Source: Octopus vulgaris (taxonomy: Eukaryota). From it: a DNA stretch of 64,000 nt. A program made the translations under genes and the position numbers. Numbering within the stretch: position 1 is the first letter of the stretch; each line of letters opens with the position of its first letter. The DNA lies in contig OX597817.1 of the NCBI GenBank assembly GCA_951406725.2, positions 79,112,001-79,176,000 of the forward strand, given 5' to 3'. The notes beneath the pieces are model-generated. The model saw nothing but the letters and a program-made list of their open reading frames with translations, was not told where the DNA came from and ran no database searches. Below, piece by piece: positions 38,652-52,978 of the stretch.

Positions 38652-38807
38652 GATGCAGGCATGGCTGTATGGTAAGAAGCTTGTTTCTCAACCACATGGT
38701 TCCAAGTTCAGTCCCAGTGCATGGCACTTTGGGCAAGTGTCTTCTACTTTAGCCTTGGGACAGCCAAAGCCTTATTAGTGGATTTGGTAGACAGAAACTG
38801 AAAGAAG
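38652..38807 (+). mobile_element. SINE family A 5' portion (target of a family B insertion)
   Basis: GCAGGCATGGCTGTATGGTAAGAAGC...GGATTTGGTAGACAGAAACTGAAAGAAG. Confidence 0.85.
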
Positions 38808-39204
38808 GCGGCGAGCTGGTAGAAACGTTAGCATGGCGGGCGAAATGCTTAGCAGTATTCTGTCTGCCGTTACGTTCTGAGTTCAAATTCTGCCAAGGTC
38901 GACTTTGCCTTTCATCCTTTCGGTGTCGATAAATTAAGTACCAGTTACACACTGGGGTCGATGTAATCGACTTAATCCGTTTGTCTCTCCTTGTTTGTCC
39001 TCTCTGTGGATAGTAAAGAAATAGGTATTCCGTCTGTCTCTATGTTCTGAGTTCAAATTCCGCTGAGGTTGACTTTGCCTTTCATCCTTTCAGGGTCGAT
39101 AAATTAAGTACCAGTTTAAGCACTGGAGTCGATGTAATCGACTTAATCCCTTTGTCTATCTTTGTCCCCTCTATGTTTAGCCCCTTGTGGGCAATAAAGA
39201 GATA
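38806..39204 (+). mobile_element. SINE family B with internal tandem duplication and 15-bp TSD
   Basis: AGAAACTGAAAGAAG at 38793-38807 and 39205-39219. The body GTTCTGAGTTCAAATTC...GATGTAATCGACTTAATCC occurs twice. Confidence 0.9.
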
Positions 39205-39469
39205 AGAAACTGAAAGAAGCCCAACAATGCGAGGAAGTGGTACATGTAAAGTATTAGCAGGCGCTCAGGGAAGGAAAGAAAGGTGGTTTTATGTTTTGAG
39301 CAAAGCTCTTCTTCAGAAACAGGAGACAGCGGAAAGTCTAGCAGGAAAGGAAGACAGAAGAAGAAAATTGCCAACGATTCACATATGGTTACATTTTGAA
39401 ATGACCAGAAGGGAATGGGTGAAGAAAAAGTTCTTTCTAAGACAGGAGAGTGTAAGAGAAACAGGTAGG

Positions 39470-40700
39470 TGCATGTATGTGCATGTGCGCAAGTCTGTGT
39501 TTGTGTGCATGTAGTAGCATGTGTGTGTGTATGTGTTGAGTGTGTGGTGTTTGTGTAGTGTTGGCTGTTTATATGTGTGTGTGTGAGTGAACTTAGTGCC
39601 TCTTAATGTTGTAGGAAGAATTCAGCAGCAAGGTAACAAGAGTGGTGATATTTAGTGTAGTTGTGTGTCTCTTCACATGTGCGTAGAGGAATGGTCAGTA
39701 GAAAGGTGTTTGAATTATGTGTGTGCGTCTGTATGTATGTGTGTGCATGCATGTGTATGTTGTGTTTGTTTTGTGTATAGTGTATGCATGCATCTGTGTG
39801 TGTATGTATGTATGAGTGTGTGTGGGGGGTTGTTTGTGTGGAGGTATATGTGTGTTCCTCTGTGTGTGCATGCGCATGTGTGTGTATGTGCATGTTTGTA
39901 TGCCCATGTATGTGTAATTGTGTGTGTGTATGTATGAGTATGTGTGGGAGGTATGTATGTGTTCATGTGCATGTGCACATCTGTGTGTGCATATGTGTGT
40001 GTATGAATTCGTGTGTGTGTGTATGTGCCTGTGTATATGTGTGTCCACGTGGGGTTGTGTGTGTAGTGGGTGTGTGTATGTGTGTGCATGTATGTGTGCA
40101 TGTGTATATGTATGTGTATACGTGGGGTTGTGTGTGTGGAGGTATATGTGTGTTCTTGTGCATCTATGCACATGCATGTGTATGCCCATGTGTGCATGTG
40201 CTTATAGTTGTGTGTACACGTATGTGTGTATAAGTGTGTGTATGTAGGTGTGTGTATGCATGTGTATGGGATTACGTGTGTTAGGTGTATGTGCATTCCT
40301 GTACATGTGTGCGTGTGTGTATATGTGTGTGTATGTGAGTGCACGTGTATGTGTGTGTTGTGTGTGTGCATGTATGTGCATGTTGTGTGTGTGAGAGGTA
40401 TGTGAGGTATATGTGCATTCATGTGTATGCATGTGCATGTATGTGTGTGTATGTATGTGTTTGTGTATGTGTGTGTGTATGAGCATGTGTGCATGTGAGT
40501 GTGTGTGGAGGTATATATGTGTTCCTGTGTGCATGCATGTGTGCGTGTGTATGTGCATATATGTATGCATGTGTGTGTGCACGTATGTGTGTGTGTATGC
40601 ATGTATGTGTGTTGTGTGTATGTGTGTGGGAGGTATATGTGCATTCATGTGAATGCACGTGCATGTATTTGAGCATGTGTGTGTATATGTATTGTGCGTA
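39470..40700. repeat. Degenerate (TG)n-based minisatellite with a recurring GAGGTAT(A/G)T unit
   Basis: Unit recurs near 39840, 39948, 40138, 40405, 40507 and 40629. Confidence 0.75.
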
Positions 40701-41102
40701 TACAGAATAAAATATAATATAAGGAAATAAGATCGATAAAAAAGGGAATAAGAGGGAAGGGGACAAGATGTCAAAAATTTTTTAAATGAATAAAAAAATT
40801 ACAAAAATTAACAGACACAAGATAAAAAATACAAAAAACAAAATAATTAGAATTAAAGGGATAAAATAGAAATTAATACAATTTTAAAAAAATTTATGCA
40901 ATTAAAAAGTTTAAAAATTCAATTGAAAAAACGAAAAAAATTAAAAAAAGGGTAATAGTGTGATAAAGTAAGTGGGTATAAGAGAGGATAAAATAAGAAA
41001 AAATAAAACAAAATAAAATGCTGCTTTTTTTTAAGGAGGTTGTAGAGACAGTCATTAAGAGGAGGGGGTTGTGTTGGGTCCGAAAGGAATTTGTGTTTGT
41101 AG

Positions 41103-41560
41103 ACTCTTTTACTATTTTACTCTTTTACTTGTTTCAGTCAGTGGACTGTAGCCATGCTGGAGCACTGCTTTTAGTTGAGCAGGACTTATTCTTTGTAAGC
41201 CTAGGACTTATTCTATCAGTCTCTTTTGCTGAACCGCTAAGTTACAGGGATGTAAACACACCAGCATCAATTGTCAAGCGATGTTGGGTGGGTGGGGGAC
41301 AAGCACAGACACAGAAACATACACACACATACATACATATATATATATACATATATATAAATATACATATATATATATATATATATAAACATATATACAA
41401 CAGACTTCTTTCAGTTTCCATCTATCAAATCCACTCACAAGGCTTTGGTCAGCCTGAGGCTATTGTAGAAGACACTTGCCCAAGGTGCCATGCAGTGGGA
41501 CTGAATCCAGAAGCATGTGGTTGGTAAGCAAGCTACTTACCACACAGCCACTCCTACGCC
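41103..41560 (-). mobile_element. SINE family A, full length
   Basis: Reverse complement of 23752-24172. Confidence 0.9.
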
Positions 41561-41659
41561 TATAATGTTCCAAGCAGAGTCACAAGTGTGTGAGATATTA
41601 GAGATATTAGAGGTGGAGTGGTTGGTATATATATATTTATATATATATATATATATATA

Positions 41660-41957
41660 AGGCAATGAGTTTGAGAAGACATGTCAAGCTTAGTGAAATC
41701 ATTGTTGTGGCCAGTGCTGGGGACACATAAAAGGCACCTGTGCCGGTGACACATAATAGGTAACTGTGCCAGTGACACGTTAAAAGGCACATGGCACACT
41801 CTTTGGAATAGTTGGTGTTAGTAAGTGCAACCAGCCATAAAAACCAAGCCGAATGAGATTGGAATCTGGTGCGTCTCTGTAGCTTACTAGATCCAGTCAA
41901 ATTCTCTTACCCATGCTAGCATGGAAAACAGATGTGAAATGATAATAATGATGATGA
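41660..41957 (+). mobile_element. Family E element
   Basis: Aligns with 36750-37000; ends CCCATGCTAGCATGGAAAACAGATGTGAAATGATAATAATGATG. Confidence 0.7.
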
Positions 41958-42425
41958 ATGAGCAAAAGGAGAAAACAAGCGTTTGTAACCTGGACATCAA
42001 TGTTTTGAAACTAACCTAATTTTCCATTGCATTTCAGACAGATTCACTACTAGGTCACAGAAGCAGAAATATTGTTATAACAAATATTCTGCTCAATACC
42101 ACAGCTTTGATTTTCCATTGCTTGACCATAACCACTTGAGCATGTCCTTTATGTGCATTTCTGATGATGAGCAGGAGTAGTGGGGAAGCTTCATAGCCAT
42201 GTGTTTAGAGGGAATTCTTGGGGAGTTGGAATATATGTGACAAAAGCAAAGCTTGAAGGAAACCTTAGCCATTTTTCATACTTTCTAGGGGTAAGGAAAT
42301 AGGAAATAACAGCTTCTACCCGAGGACAGAAATCATGTTACACAGTGTAATATATTTCTTACAGGACTATACTTCTTACAGTTCAATAGGAGAAAAATTG
42401 GCAGTTCACATGACCATTTGATCCT

Positions 42426-42702
42426 AGCCAGTGCCATCTGACTGGCTCCCATGCCAGTGGCATGTAAAAAGCACCATGCAAGCATGGTTGATGCCAGTAC
42501 TTTCTAACTGGCCCCCATGCTGGTGGCACATAAAAAGCACCCACTACACTCTCGGAGTGGTTGGTGTTATGAAGGGCATCCAGCTGCAGAAACTTTACCA
42601 GATCAGATTGGAGCCTGGTGCACCCTTCTGGCTCACCTGCCCTCAGTCAAACCGTCCAACCCATGCCAGCATGGAAAGCAGACGTTAAACGATGATGATG
42701 AT
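42426..42702 (+). mobile_element. Family E element
   Basis: CACTACACTCTCGGAGTGGTTGG...CCATGCCAGCATGGAAAGCAGACGTTAAACGATGATGATG. Confidence 0.8.
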
Positions 42703-42711
42703 ATAATGTGA

Positions 42712-42865
42712 CTCTTTCAGTTTCTGTCTATCAAATCCACACACAAGACTTTGGTCAGCCTGTGGCTATAGCAGAAGTCACTTGCCCAAGGTGCCACACA
42801 GTGAGACTGAACCTGGAACCATATGGTTGAGCAGCAAACTCCTTACCACATACCCTTGCCTGCAC
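42712..42865 (-). mobile_element. SINE family A 5' portion
   Basis: CTTTCAGTTTC.GTCTA.CAAATCCAC...CTTGCCCAAGGTGCCAC...ACTGAACCTGGAACC. Confidence 0.75.
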
Positions 42866-43139
42866 ATATTTATCTTACAACATTTTTTACTCAATTTCAT
42901 TATATTTTTTTCTGTTGGTTTTTGTTTTATTTACCCAACTAATCTCTCTTGCTACACCACTTACTGAGCTAGAACAAAGCATAGTAGTGGGTGGTGAGGA
43001 ACAAGCATGTGTGTGTATGTATTTGTGTGTGTGTGTATGTATGTGTGTGTGTGTGGGAGTGGTGCTAGAATTTAGATTCCACCATCAAATCTAAAGAGTA
43101 ATCTGTCAATATACATCTCATTTCTGTCTCACACTAGCA

Positions 43140-43720
43140 TCATTAATATTATCATCATTGATCTCCAGAACCTACAACCACTACCACCACAACTGCCACA
43201 ACTACACTACCAGCTTTATTATCACTGTCAGTACTACAATGCCTTTATTACTGCTATCCCCTACCACCACCACCATCATCACCACCACTGCCTTTACCAC
43301 TACAGGTACCTCACCATCACCACCACAGTCACCACCACCACCACCAGCATCACTACCACTACCACTGTAACCACCACCTTCACCACCGTCACCACCACCA
43401 CCACCACCGCCACCACAGCAAACACGACTACCACCATCACCATTATCACCACCACCATCACTATCACTTCTATGAACAGCAAGGGACAATACCATTAACA
43501 AAAACATTGTATAACCACATTACTGCTACCAGCACTAACCTCCCCAACCATGGCTATCTCCCTCATTCAGAGGAACAGCAACACCACCACCACCATTGCC
43601 ATCACCATATAACTCATCATCACCATCATCATCATCAGCAGCAGCAGCAGCAGCAAATCAAACCTTATTGAATATAGTGGCAAGTGCCACAAATACCGCA
43701 AACACCACCACCACCACGAT
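43140..43720. repeat. Degenerate (ACC/CAT)n tract
   Basis: Direct observation. Confidence 0.8.
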
Positions 43721-43840
43721 GCTGTGCATTAATATCAGCAGGTCATAAATATAAACATATTTACATGGCCAGAACTGCTTAAGCTTACAAGTAAATGTTC
43801 ATTTATACTTTTACACAATGATAAGCACACACACACACAA

Positions 43841-43876
<36 letters not shown>

Positions 43877-43973
43877 ACACATGCAGACACACATTCTTGC
43901 CAATAGCATTGACCAGGCTGCCAACAAGTATATACATAGATTTACACCCACGCACAAATAAATGTATAAAATA

Positions 43974-43974
<1 letters not shown>

Positions 43975-44022
<48 letters not shown>

Positions 44023-44230
44023 TCCTTCATCATCCTTCTCCTTCATCATCATCCATTTTGAATGCTTGTGTTCCATGCTGGCATGGTTTGCACAGTTTGA
44101 TGGGCCCAAGAACTGCATCATGCACCAGTGTCTGTAGAGTATGGTTTCTACATTCAGATGACTTTGCTAATGTCACCAATTTACAGTGCTTGCTGTGTGT
44201 TTTGTTTGTTTGTTTTCTATGCCACTAGCA
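43975..44230 (-). mobile_element. Family E 3' end with expanded (GAT)n tail
   Basis: (CAT)n followed by TTCCATGCTGGCATGG and GCATCATGCACCAG. Confidence 0.6.
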
Positions 44231-44309
44231 CCCAAAAAGGCCATCTTAAAGTTTGCAAGGCTACAAACCTTTAAAGGGGACAACTCTATGCTAGGAGATG
44301 AGGAGTAAC

Positions 44310-44476
44310 AGCACTCACTACACTCTCAGAGTAGTTGGCATTAGGAAGAGCATCCAGCTGTAGAAACTCTACCCGATCAAATTGGAGCCTGGTGCAGCCA
44401 TCTGGCTCGCCAGTCTTCAGTCAAACTTTCCAACCCATGCCAGCACGGAAAGTGGACGTTAAATGATGATGATGAT
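44310..44476 (+). mobile_element. Family E 3' portion
   Basis: CACTACACTCTCAGAGTAGTTGGCATTAGGAAG...GGACGTTAAATGATGATG. Confidence 0.8.
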
Positions 44477-44689
44477 GGAATCTGATGTCACACCATTCCA
44501 TATTTTTGAGAAACTTAATGGTTTTTGTGAACATGCAAAAGTGTGGCCTGTCAGTCTCATGCGTATGTAGAAGTGTGAGCTCCTACATAGTCTCTGGAAA
44601 ATAAGGAACAATATGACCTTGGATACTCTAAAAAATACTCTACTGCTTCTCTTTCAGACTTATGATTTACTGACAGTCCAGACATTTCT

Positions 44690-44990
44690 GTGAAGGTACG
44701 TGGCTTAGTGGTTAGAGTGTTGCACTCTGGGATCTAGTGATCATGATTTCAATCTATAGACTGGGAGGTGCACAGTGTTCTTGAGGAAAACACTTCTTCT
44801 CATGTTGCTCTGTGATCACTTTGACACCTGACATGTCATACACAGTACACCTGTTCAGATGATGTCAATTTGATTGAGAAAGTGAACTAAGATGTGACGT
44901 GAACATTTGATCAATATAAACAAATCATTTGTGCAGGTCGTTTGGCAAAACACTGAATGCTCCTATATCATCTTTGATGGGAGAGTCTAG
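44690..44990 (+). mobile_element. tRNA-derived SINE (family D-related)
   Basis: GTGAAGGTACGTGGCTTAGTGGTTAGAG head and GTGTTCTTGAG core, as at 6064. Confidence 0.65.
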
Positions 44991-44998
44991 AGTGGCCA

Positions 44999-45162
44999 TA
45001 GGTGCCGGAGCGGCTGTGTTTTAAGAAGCTTGCTTTCCAATCATATGGTTCCAGGTTCAGTCACACTGCATGGAACTTTGGGCAAGTGTCGTCTACTGTA
45101 GCCTCGGGCTGACCAAAGCCTTGTGAATGGATTTGGTAGATGGAAATTAAAAGAAGCCCATC
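44999..45162 (+). mobile_element. SINE family A 5' portion
   Basis: GGAGCGGCTGTG...GGTTCAG...TTGGGCAAGTGTC...GGATTTGGTAGATGGAAA. Confidence 0.8.
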
Positions 45163-45194
45163 TTACCTATATATATATATATATATATATATAT

Positions 45195-45493
45195 GTGGAG
45201 GCGCAATGGCCCAGTGGTTAGGGCAGTGGACTCGTGGTTTCGATTCCCAGACCGGGCGTTGTAAGTGTTTATTGAGCTTAAACACCTAAAGCTCTACGTG
45301 GTTCTGGCAGGGGCTGGTGGGGATCCCTGCTGTACTCTTTCGCCACAACTTTCTCTCGCTCTTTCTTCTGTTGGCCTGCTTGCTTAGCCAGCGGGGTGGT
45401 GTCATTTGAAGGCTAAAACAATGTGAAGTGCATTGTGACCAGTGATGTGTAGCAACATCTGATAGCCTGGTCTGTCACGGTGATTACGGTGAT
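45195..45493 (+). mobile_element. tRNA-derived SINE (family C) inserted in (TA)n
   Basis: GGAGGCGCAATGGCCCAGTGGTTAG A-box, GGTTTCGATTCCC B-box, (CACGGTGAT)-like repeated tail; (TA)n on both sides. Confidence 0.8.
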
Positions 45494-46125
45494 ATATATA
45501 TATAAGTTTACATGTAACATTTGTTTTTATGCAAACTTATAAAAACAGTTGAACATTAAATATAAAACTTCACTCAATACTTTATATTTAATTTTTATAG
45601 GGAAAAGTTTGGCGTATTAACCGCTATCTGCCTGTGATTTAGTATGGCTTTTGAGCCTTATAAATAGTAAATTGTATTCTTGACAGACTGTTCCTTTGGT
45701 GTAGTGGTTCCTAAAGCGGGCAGTACCACTCCCTTGGGCGTGGTGGTGAAAAAATCCTGAGGGGCATTGAAGAAAAGTGGGGTGATAATGCGGGTGACCA
45801 AAACTGGGCAATGTTTGAAAAAGAAATCAAACAAAATAAAAAGTTAATTAATTTGTTTTATTTGTGAAATACTGTTGCTTTGAATTTGAATTTGATGCAA
45901 AAAAACTATCTATGTCTGTGATGGTGTGTGGTGGTGGTGATGGTGGTGGTGGTGGTGATGGTGGTGGTGGCGGTGGTGGTGGTGGTGGTGGGTCACTGAT
46001 GAGGGGATATATAAAATATCCTGGAAACAGCTGTAAGACCTTTTCTTTATAAATGTTCTGAAAACTATTTACAGCCTTGGATTTTTTATCTCATTCTGTC
46101 AATTTATATATATATATATATGATG

Positions 46126-46182
<57 letters not shown>

Positions 46183-46454
46183 TAAGGGAATATTATTCCA
46201 AATTTACAGGTTAAAAATTCAATTTAGAAATACTAAATCAAATAAATAAATAAATAAATAAATTTATTTTGCACATTGATTAATCATAGTTATATGTTTT
46301 ATATTATATTTAATCTTTCTATAAGATGTAATTTTTCTAAATGGTATAATTTAATTTTTCATTATTGAATTGATAAAAGGTGTTTCTTTTCTAATTTACA
46401 TATATATATATATATATATATCAATATATATATATCTATCTATCTATCTATCTA

Positions 46455-46517
<63 letters not shown>

Positions 46518-48010
46518 CACATATTTATATGTATATGAAGTTTGCTTTGAGACCTTTCACATCTTGGCTTTACTGCTATGGAATTTATCCAAGTCTTCAA
46601 AAGGTGAAATAAATGTTAAAAGTACTTTGCCCCTTACAGAAACTGTAGAAGCTAGTCAATCACATTGCAAACTCTTCTCCTGATGATGTCTATGCATTTG
46701 TAATGCTGAAAACTCTTTGGTCTTCAGCAGTTATTTCAGGGTATCATGTGTGTTGTGCTCTTTAGCCTGTGTACTTCACTTGATTTGAACAATGAGGACT
46801 AAATCATCCTTCCTCCACAGAACGTTTCCATCTGTAATCTCTTACTGACAAAAACTACAAAAGTTTCAGCAATGAAACTAAGGTCAGATAATCTGTAAGC
46901 TGGTTAGTCTTAAAATTATCTGTTAAGACCTCAAGATATATGCAATAAACCAGGGAATATTGAGAACCAAGCCCTAATATCAAACTTCATATCACATCTC
47001 TCTCCTAGCTTGTTGTTTGTTAACCTTTAGCACATTGCATTTTCTCTGGAATTGTTTCCTCTGCCACTGCCCTGTTAATACAGGGGAGAAAACTCATATG
47101 GTGTCATGGTGCACTTACAGTGTGCTAAAGGTTAATGTCCAATTTAATTAGTAAATTCGAGTTCATGAACTACATGTTTCTTAACTAGATTTCTTAGTGA
47201 TTACCAAAGATCTGCAGAGTGGAACTCTGTCATAGAATTTCTGTAAGTCAATCATTGTTAGACATAGGGATTAGCTATTTACTATGTGATTTTCATCTCA
47301 TTGCCTCACTAGAGAGCATAACTAATGCTCTGTCGAACCACTAATTCTGAAACTTATCTAAGCTAACGTTTTTCTCTCCCGTTAGTTGTACTACAACATT
47401 TTTATAAACTCAGTCCATCAGTTTCAGGCTTCTATAGTCACTTCTTCCTGGAGTGTTTCTATTTTTTCCTTTGTAGCAGTTAACAATAGTTCTATACAAG
47501 CTACACATATACATATGTGCACGTGTATTACTATACATTCATTATGAATATAGAAACCATGACATATGTATATACAAACGTACTAAACACACACACAGAT
47601 ATATATATATAATACACACACACATGTATATATAGAAACACACATATATATATATATACACATATACACATATATATACATTCATACAAACACACACATA
47701 TATATATATGCATATATACATATATACAAACACAGATGTACACTTCTATGAGAGTGATAAGTGATAAAAAGTGTTGTTAAATGGATGTATGTATACAACA
47801 TACACAGATATACCTCCCACACACACAAATACACATACACTCTCATACTCCTACACAAACACATAAACACAGGAATATACATAAAAAATCTGCAGACATA
47901 CACAAAATAGATAAATACTTACAAAGTCTGCTCGATCAGGGCTGGCCTTTGGCTAAACAACACCAACAACACGATACATATACATAAATATATTGTGTAT
48001 ATATATCTAT

Positions 48011-48043
<33 letters not shown>

Positions 48044-48148
48044 CATACATATATATCATCATCATCATTGTTTAACATCATATATATATATGTATATATA
48101 TATACAAACATATATAAATACATATATATATATCAATATATGTATATA

Positions 48149-48207
<59 letters not shown>

Positions 48208-48386
48208 GTATACATATATATATGTGTGTGTGTGTGTGTACTATATATATATCAATATATGTATGTATGTGTATATGTGTGTTGGAATGTGTGTGAAAAT
48301 ATGAGTTCGTGTTTGTATATAAACCAGCAGAAATCATTAATTGTCCGAGATTCTATCTGATTCTACAGAGAGTCTGGATAACCTAA

Positions 48387-48420
<34 letters not shown>

Positions 48421-49228
48421 GAGAGAGAGAGCGAAAGAGAGTGAGCGAAAGAGAGAGAGAGAGTGAAAGAGAGAGAGAGAGAGAAAGTGAGAGAAAGGGA
48501 GGGGTAGATGGATGTTCAGATGGGGTTGGTTAGGCTCATTGGAGATGATGGCTGCAGACAAGGGCAGTGCTTGTGTATGTATGTACAAACACGTGTTTGT
48601 GTGTCTGTGTGTATGAATGTGTGTGCATGCGTGTGTGCGTGTAAACAGGATCGAACTACAAAAGTCTGGGTGTGCAGGTATGTGTATGAGGTGGGGTAAA
48701 ACTAGTCTGGATGTGTGTATATATCTAAATCTGAGTATGCATACGTGTGCCTTTGCTTATATATATGTGTTTTTATGTATGTGCATTCTTATATGAGTTT
48801 GTGAGACTACAGAAGTGTGTGTGTGTGTGTGTGTATATATATATTTATATATATATTATAATAAGAGATATATATTTACTTATCTATATGTGTGTATGTA
48901 TATGTATGTTTAGATGTATGTATATGTATATATCTATGTGTTTAAACAAAACTACAGGATGGATATATGTATGTGTATGTGTGTGATGGGATGGGATAAA
49001 ATTATTGAATTCTGGATGTATGCCTCTATATGTGTATGTGATAGTTTGAAACTAAATAAGTGTATATGTGGATGTATCTGTGTCTGTGTGTATTTATATG
49101 TTTATGATTTGGCATGTGTGTGTATGTGTGCATCTATGCTATTGGATGAAGAAATAGAGGTCAAAATGTGTACAAGCCTGTCTATAGCCATGTGTGCGTA
49201 TATGTTCATACATGTATGTACTTCGGTC

Positions 49229-49339
<111 letters not shown>

Positions 49340-50450
49340 TATATATATACAGATATATATATAAGTGTGAATGTATGTATATATTTATGTGTATGTGTTG
49401 CAATTTTGATGATGGAGGTGAGACAGAGTGCAAGGGAACGGTCCAAAAAGAAAGTTTTGTAGCAACACAATACTCTGGATTTGTTCTGTATTAAAATACC
49501 TCTTTCCTTCTTACTTTTTTACAGTTTCTTTTTTACTTTTTCTTTCCTTCTTTTTTCTTTCTTTCTTTCTTTCTTTCTTTATTTATTTATTTACTTATTT
49601 ATTGCGTTCATTCTCACTTCCTCTCCACTCTTTCTTTTTTAAACCCTTCTTCCTCTCTCTGTCTTTCTCTGTTTCTGTCCTGTCTCTGCCTGTCCCTTTT
49701 CTCTCTTTTGCTCTCTCTGTCTTGCTTTGTCTGTTTGTCTCTATCATCTCTCTCTCTCTCTTTCTGTCTCTCTGTAGTTATTTGACTGTCTGTCTCTCTG
49801 CTTGTCTGTTTCTTTCTATCATCTCTGTTCTCTCTTTTCCTCTCTCCATCAATCTATCTCTTAACCCATGCTCTTTCCAATGGGGTAGTTCACTTTTGCC
49901 AATACTGACTTCATCCAAAATAAAACCACACTTTCATAGCACTACAAGCAAGATAATCCTCTACATAGCTATTCTAGCTGCTAGATATAGCAACTAAATC
50001 TCTCAAAGATTACACCTTGCCATTTTCCAAAGGATCTCATTGGATCACCAAACAAACCAGGATCACATGCAAACATAACATAAGTAGGATGGTCATAAGA
50101 ATACTTTTGATCATAACATGGATCCAACAGGGTCGACCTCCAACAAACTAGCAGCAACAGCAACCACAACATTAATTACACCTACATCCCTTACAAATTC
50201 ACCATCTATACTAGAACCATGACTACCACTACTGCCACTGCCCTCCCACGTCTGCAACAACTACCACCAACACAGTACTAGGCCACTGTTTAAGACACAG
50301 CTCTATCTCATATTGACTATTGACTTCCGTTATGTTTTCTGTTGGAGCTGAGCTCTCCTGCCAACTGTATCATTGTGGTAAACACTATCATTCTCAACAT
50401 ATATATATAAATATAAATATATATACATATATATATGTATACGCCTATAA

Positions 50451-50489
<39 letters not shown>

Positions 50490-50771
50490 GTATATATATA
50501 TATATGTATATAATATATACATATATATATATATAAATACATATATAAATATATATGTAATATTTATATATATATATGATATATATAATATATACTTATA
50601 TAACATATATATATTTTGTATGTATGTATGCATCAATTTATATCACTTCCTGTTTACAAACATATATATATACAAATATATATATGTATATATACATATG
50701 TCTATATATTTATTGTATGCATCTATTTATATATATATATAAATACATATATGTGTGTGTGTGTGTGTGGT

Positions 50772-50821
<50 letters not shown>

Positions 50822-50947
50822 ATAGATAGATATATTTATATAGATACAGATGCATATAGATATCTATATAAGCTTGGACACACAAATAAATATATATACA
50901 TATCGATATAGATATATAGACTTAGATATAAATAAAATTATAATTTT

Positions 50948-50990
<43 letters not shown>

Positions 50991-51507
50991 AATATATATG
51001 TATGTACGTATGTATATATGTAAACATTTATGGCCAGTCTAAAGTCTAAATCATCTTGCTGATAAGCGTCGGCTGGTCAGAACAGCATTGACCTCAGCTC
51101 AGGGAAATCTTTCCTTACCAACTGTTCTATATTTAGAAAAAAAAAAATTCAAATCCATTCTCTGCTGGCATACATTATTGGCACTGCACCACAATTTAAT
51201 ATTTTGTAGTTATTACAAAATAAAAGCAAACACATACACAGCATGTATACACAACACACATGCACACACTTAAATAAATACACATTGTGTGCATCTATGC
51301 ATACAAGTGTGTCTGTGTAATTGAATATATGCTTGCATATGTAAAGATACATTGTGTGTGCATATATGTATGTATATATATCTATCATCTATCTCTATAT
51401 ATATGTATATACACACATATTATATATATATATACATATATATTCATATACATATATTTATATGCACAAACCTACACACACACATATATACATACATATA
51501 TACATAC

Positions 51508-51564
<57 letters not shown>

Positions 51565-51571
51565 CATATAC

Positions 51572-51647
<76 letters not shown>

Positions 51648-52164
51648 GCACATATCTATATATGTAAGTATATATATAGTTATATAATTAGTTTGAATAG
51701 TTTTATTTAATAACAAATCCTACACATGAAACACTTGGAACACAATGGCGAAGGCAAAACAAAAACAGTAACATTAAAAAATGGCAAAAGTATCAAAAGC
51801 TCAAATTTATGTTTCAAATAATACTGAAAATATTACATTTCCTCAGGCATCAAGATTATATATTTTTGCGAAATTTGTTTACTTCTCTCTATATTCTGAG
51901 TTCAAATTTTTGAGAGTCAACTATATAATTTTATTGTTTTGTGATAATATAAAACAGTTTAAAAACAACATGACAGCTAGAATATAGCACAACACACATG
52001 GTGATGAATTAACTATTGTTTATGGTGCTAGCAGGATATAGGGGATCCATGGTATGAAGTGAAAACATAGACAATGAAATGCAGGTATGTGGCGATACAG
52101 CTAGGAAAATTGAAACAAATTACAGCATGAGGTGAATTGATGTTCTTATATCGACCCTCTAGAA

Positions 52165-52514
52165 CAGGAGTTCTCAAACATTTTTTTGCTTAAGGGCCCT
52201 TTTAATTACTATTTTATTCTGGTGGACCCCCATAACCATTTGATATTTAAAAACTAGTTTTATAGAAACTCCTTTCAAAATTCCTGTTTCGTTTTTCACA
52301 CATTAACTTGTGAGGGTGGAACTATGTAAAATGTCAGAGAAAGAAACCTAGCTGTTTCTTGCAATACATACGATTACATATACCTGAAGTAAAAATTTTT
52401 CAGCGGCCCTTAAAACACTATTGTGGATTCTCAATTTACTATTTTGTTGCGTGAACCCCACAAAATCTTATATGGACCGTCTAGGGCCATATTGACCTCA
52501 GCTGAGAACCACTG
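52165..52514. mobile_element. hAT (Charlie-like) MITE
   Basis: Ends CAGGAGTTCTCAA / CTGAGAACCACTG; 8-bp TSD CTCTAGAA / CTCAAGAA (7/8 match, NTCTAGAN-type). Confidence 0.8.
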
Positions 52515-52640
52515 CTCAAGAAGGGTCTCTTTCACGATCCGTCAATCTCCATCCAGTTTTACCAATGTGCAGTACTATTGTATTTTATATAAGTTAAGCA
52601 TTTAGAAATTGTATATTGGAAAAGAAGTCTGTGACTGACA

Positions 52641-52884
52641 TATTCTTTTACTCTTTTACTTGTTTTAGTCATTTGACTGTGGCCATGCTGGAGCACCGCC
52701 TTTAGTCGAGCAAATCGACCCCAGGACTTATTCTTTGGAAGCCTAGTACTTATTCTATTGGTCTCTTTTGCCGAACCACTAAGTTACAGAGATGTAAACA
52801 CACCAGCATCAGTTGTCAAGCGATGTTGGGAGGACAAACACAGAAACACAAACATATACACACACACACACATACATACATACA

Positions 52885-52920
<36 letters not shown>

Positions 52921-52933
52921 TACACACACACAC

Positions 52934-52978
<45 letters not shown>

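Noticed and set aside
45195-45255. tRNA-like A and B boxes (also at 6064, 11845, 23752, 44690)
   Set aside because: No complete cloverleaf, and each continues into a SINE body.
45702-45810. hAT-MITE-like end TAGTGGTTCCTAAAGCGGGC
   Set aside because: Only one end is visible; no partner TIR or TSD.
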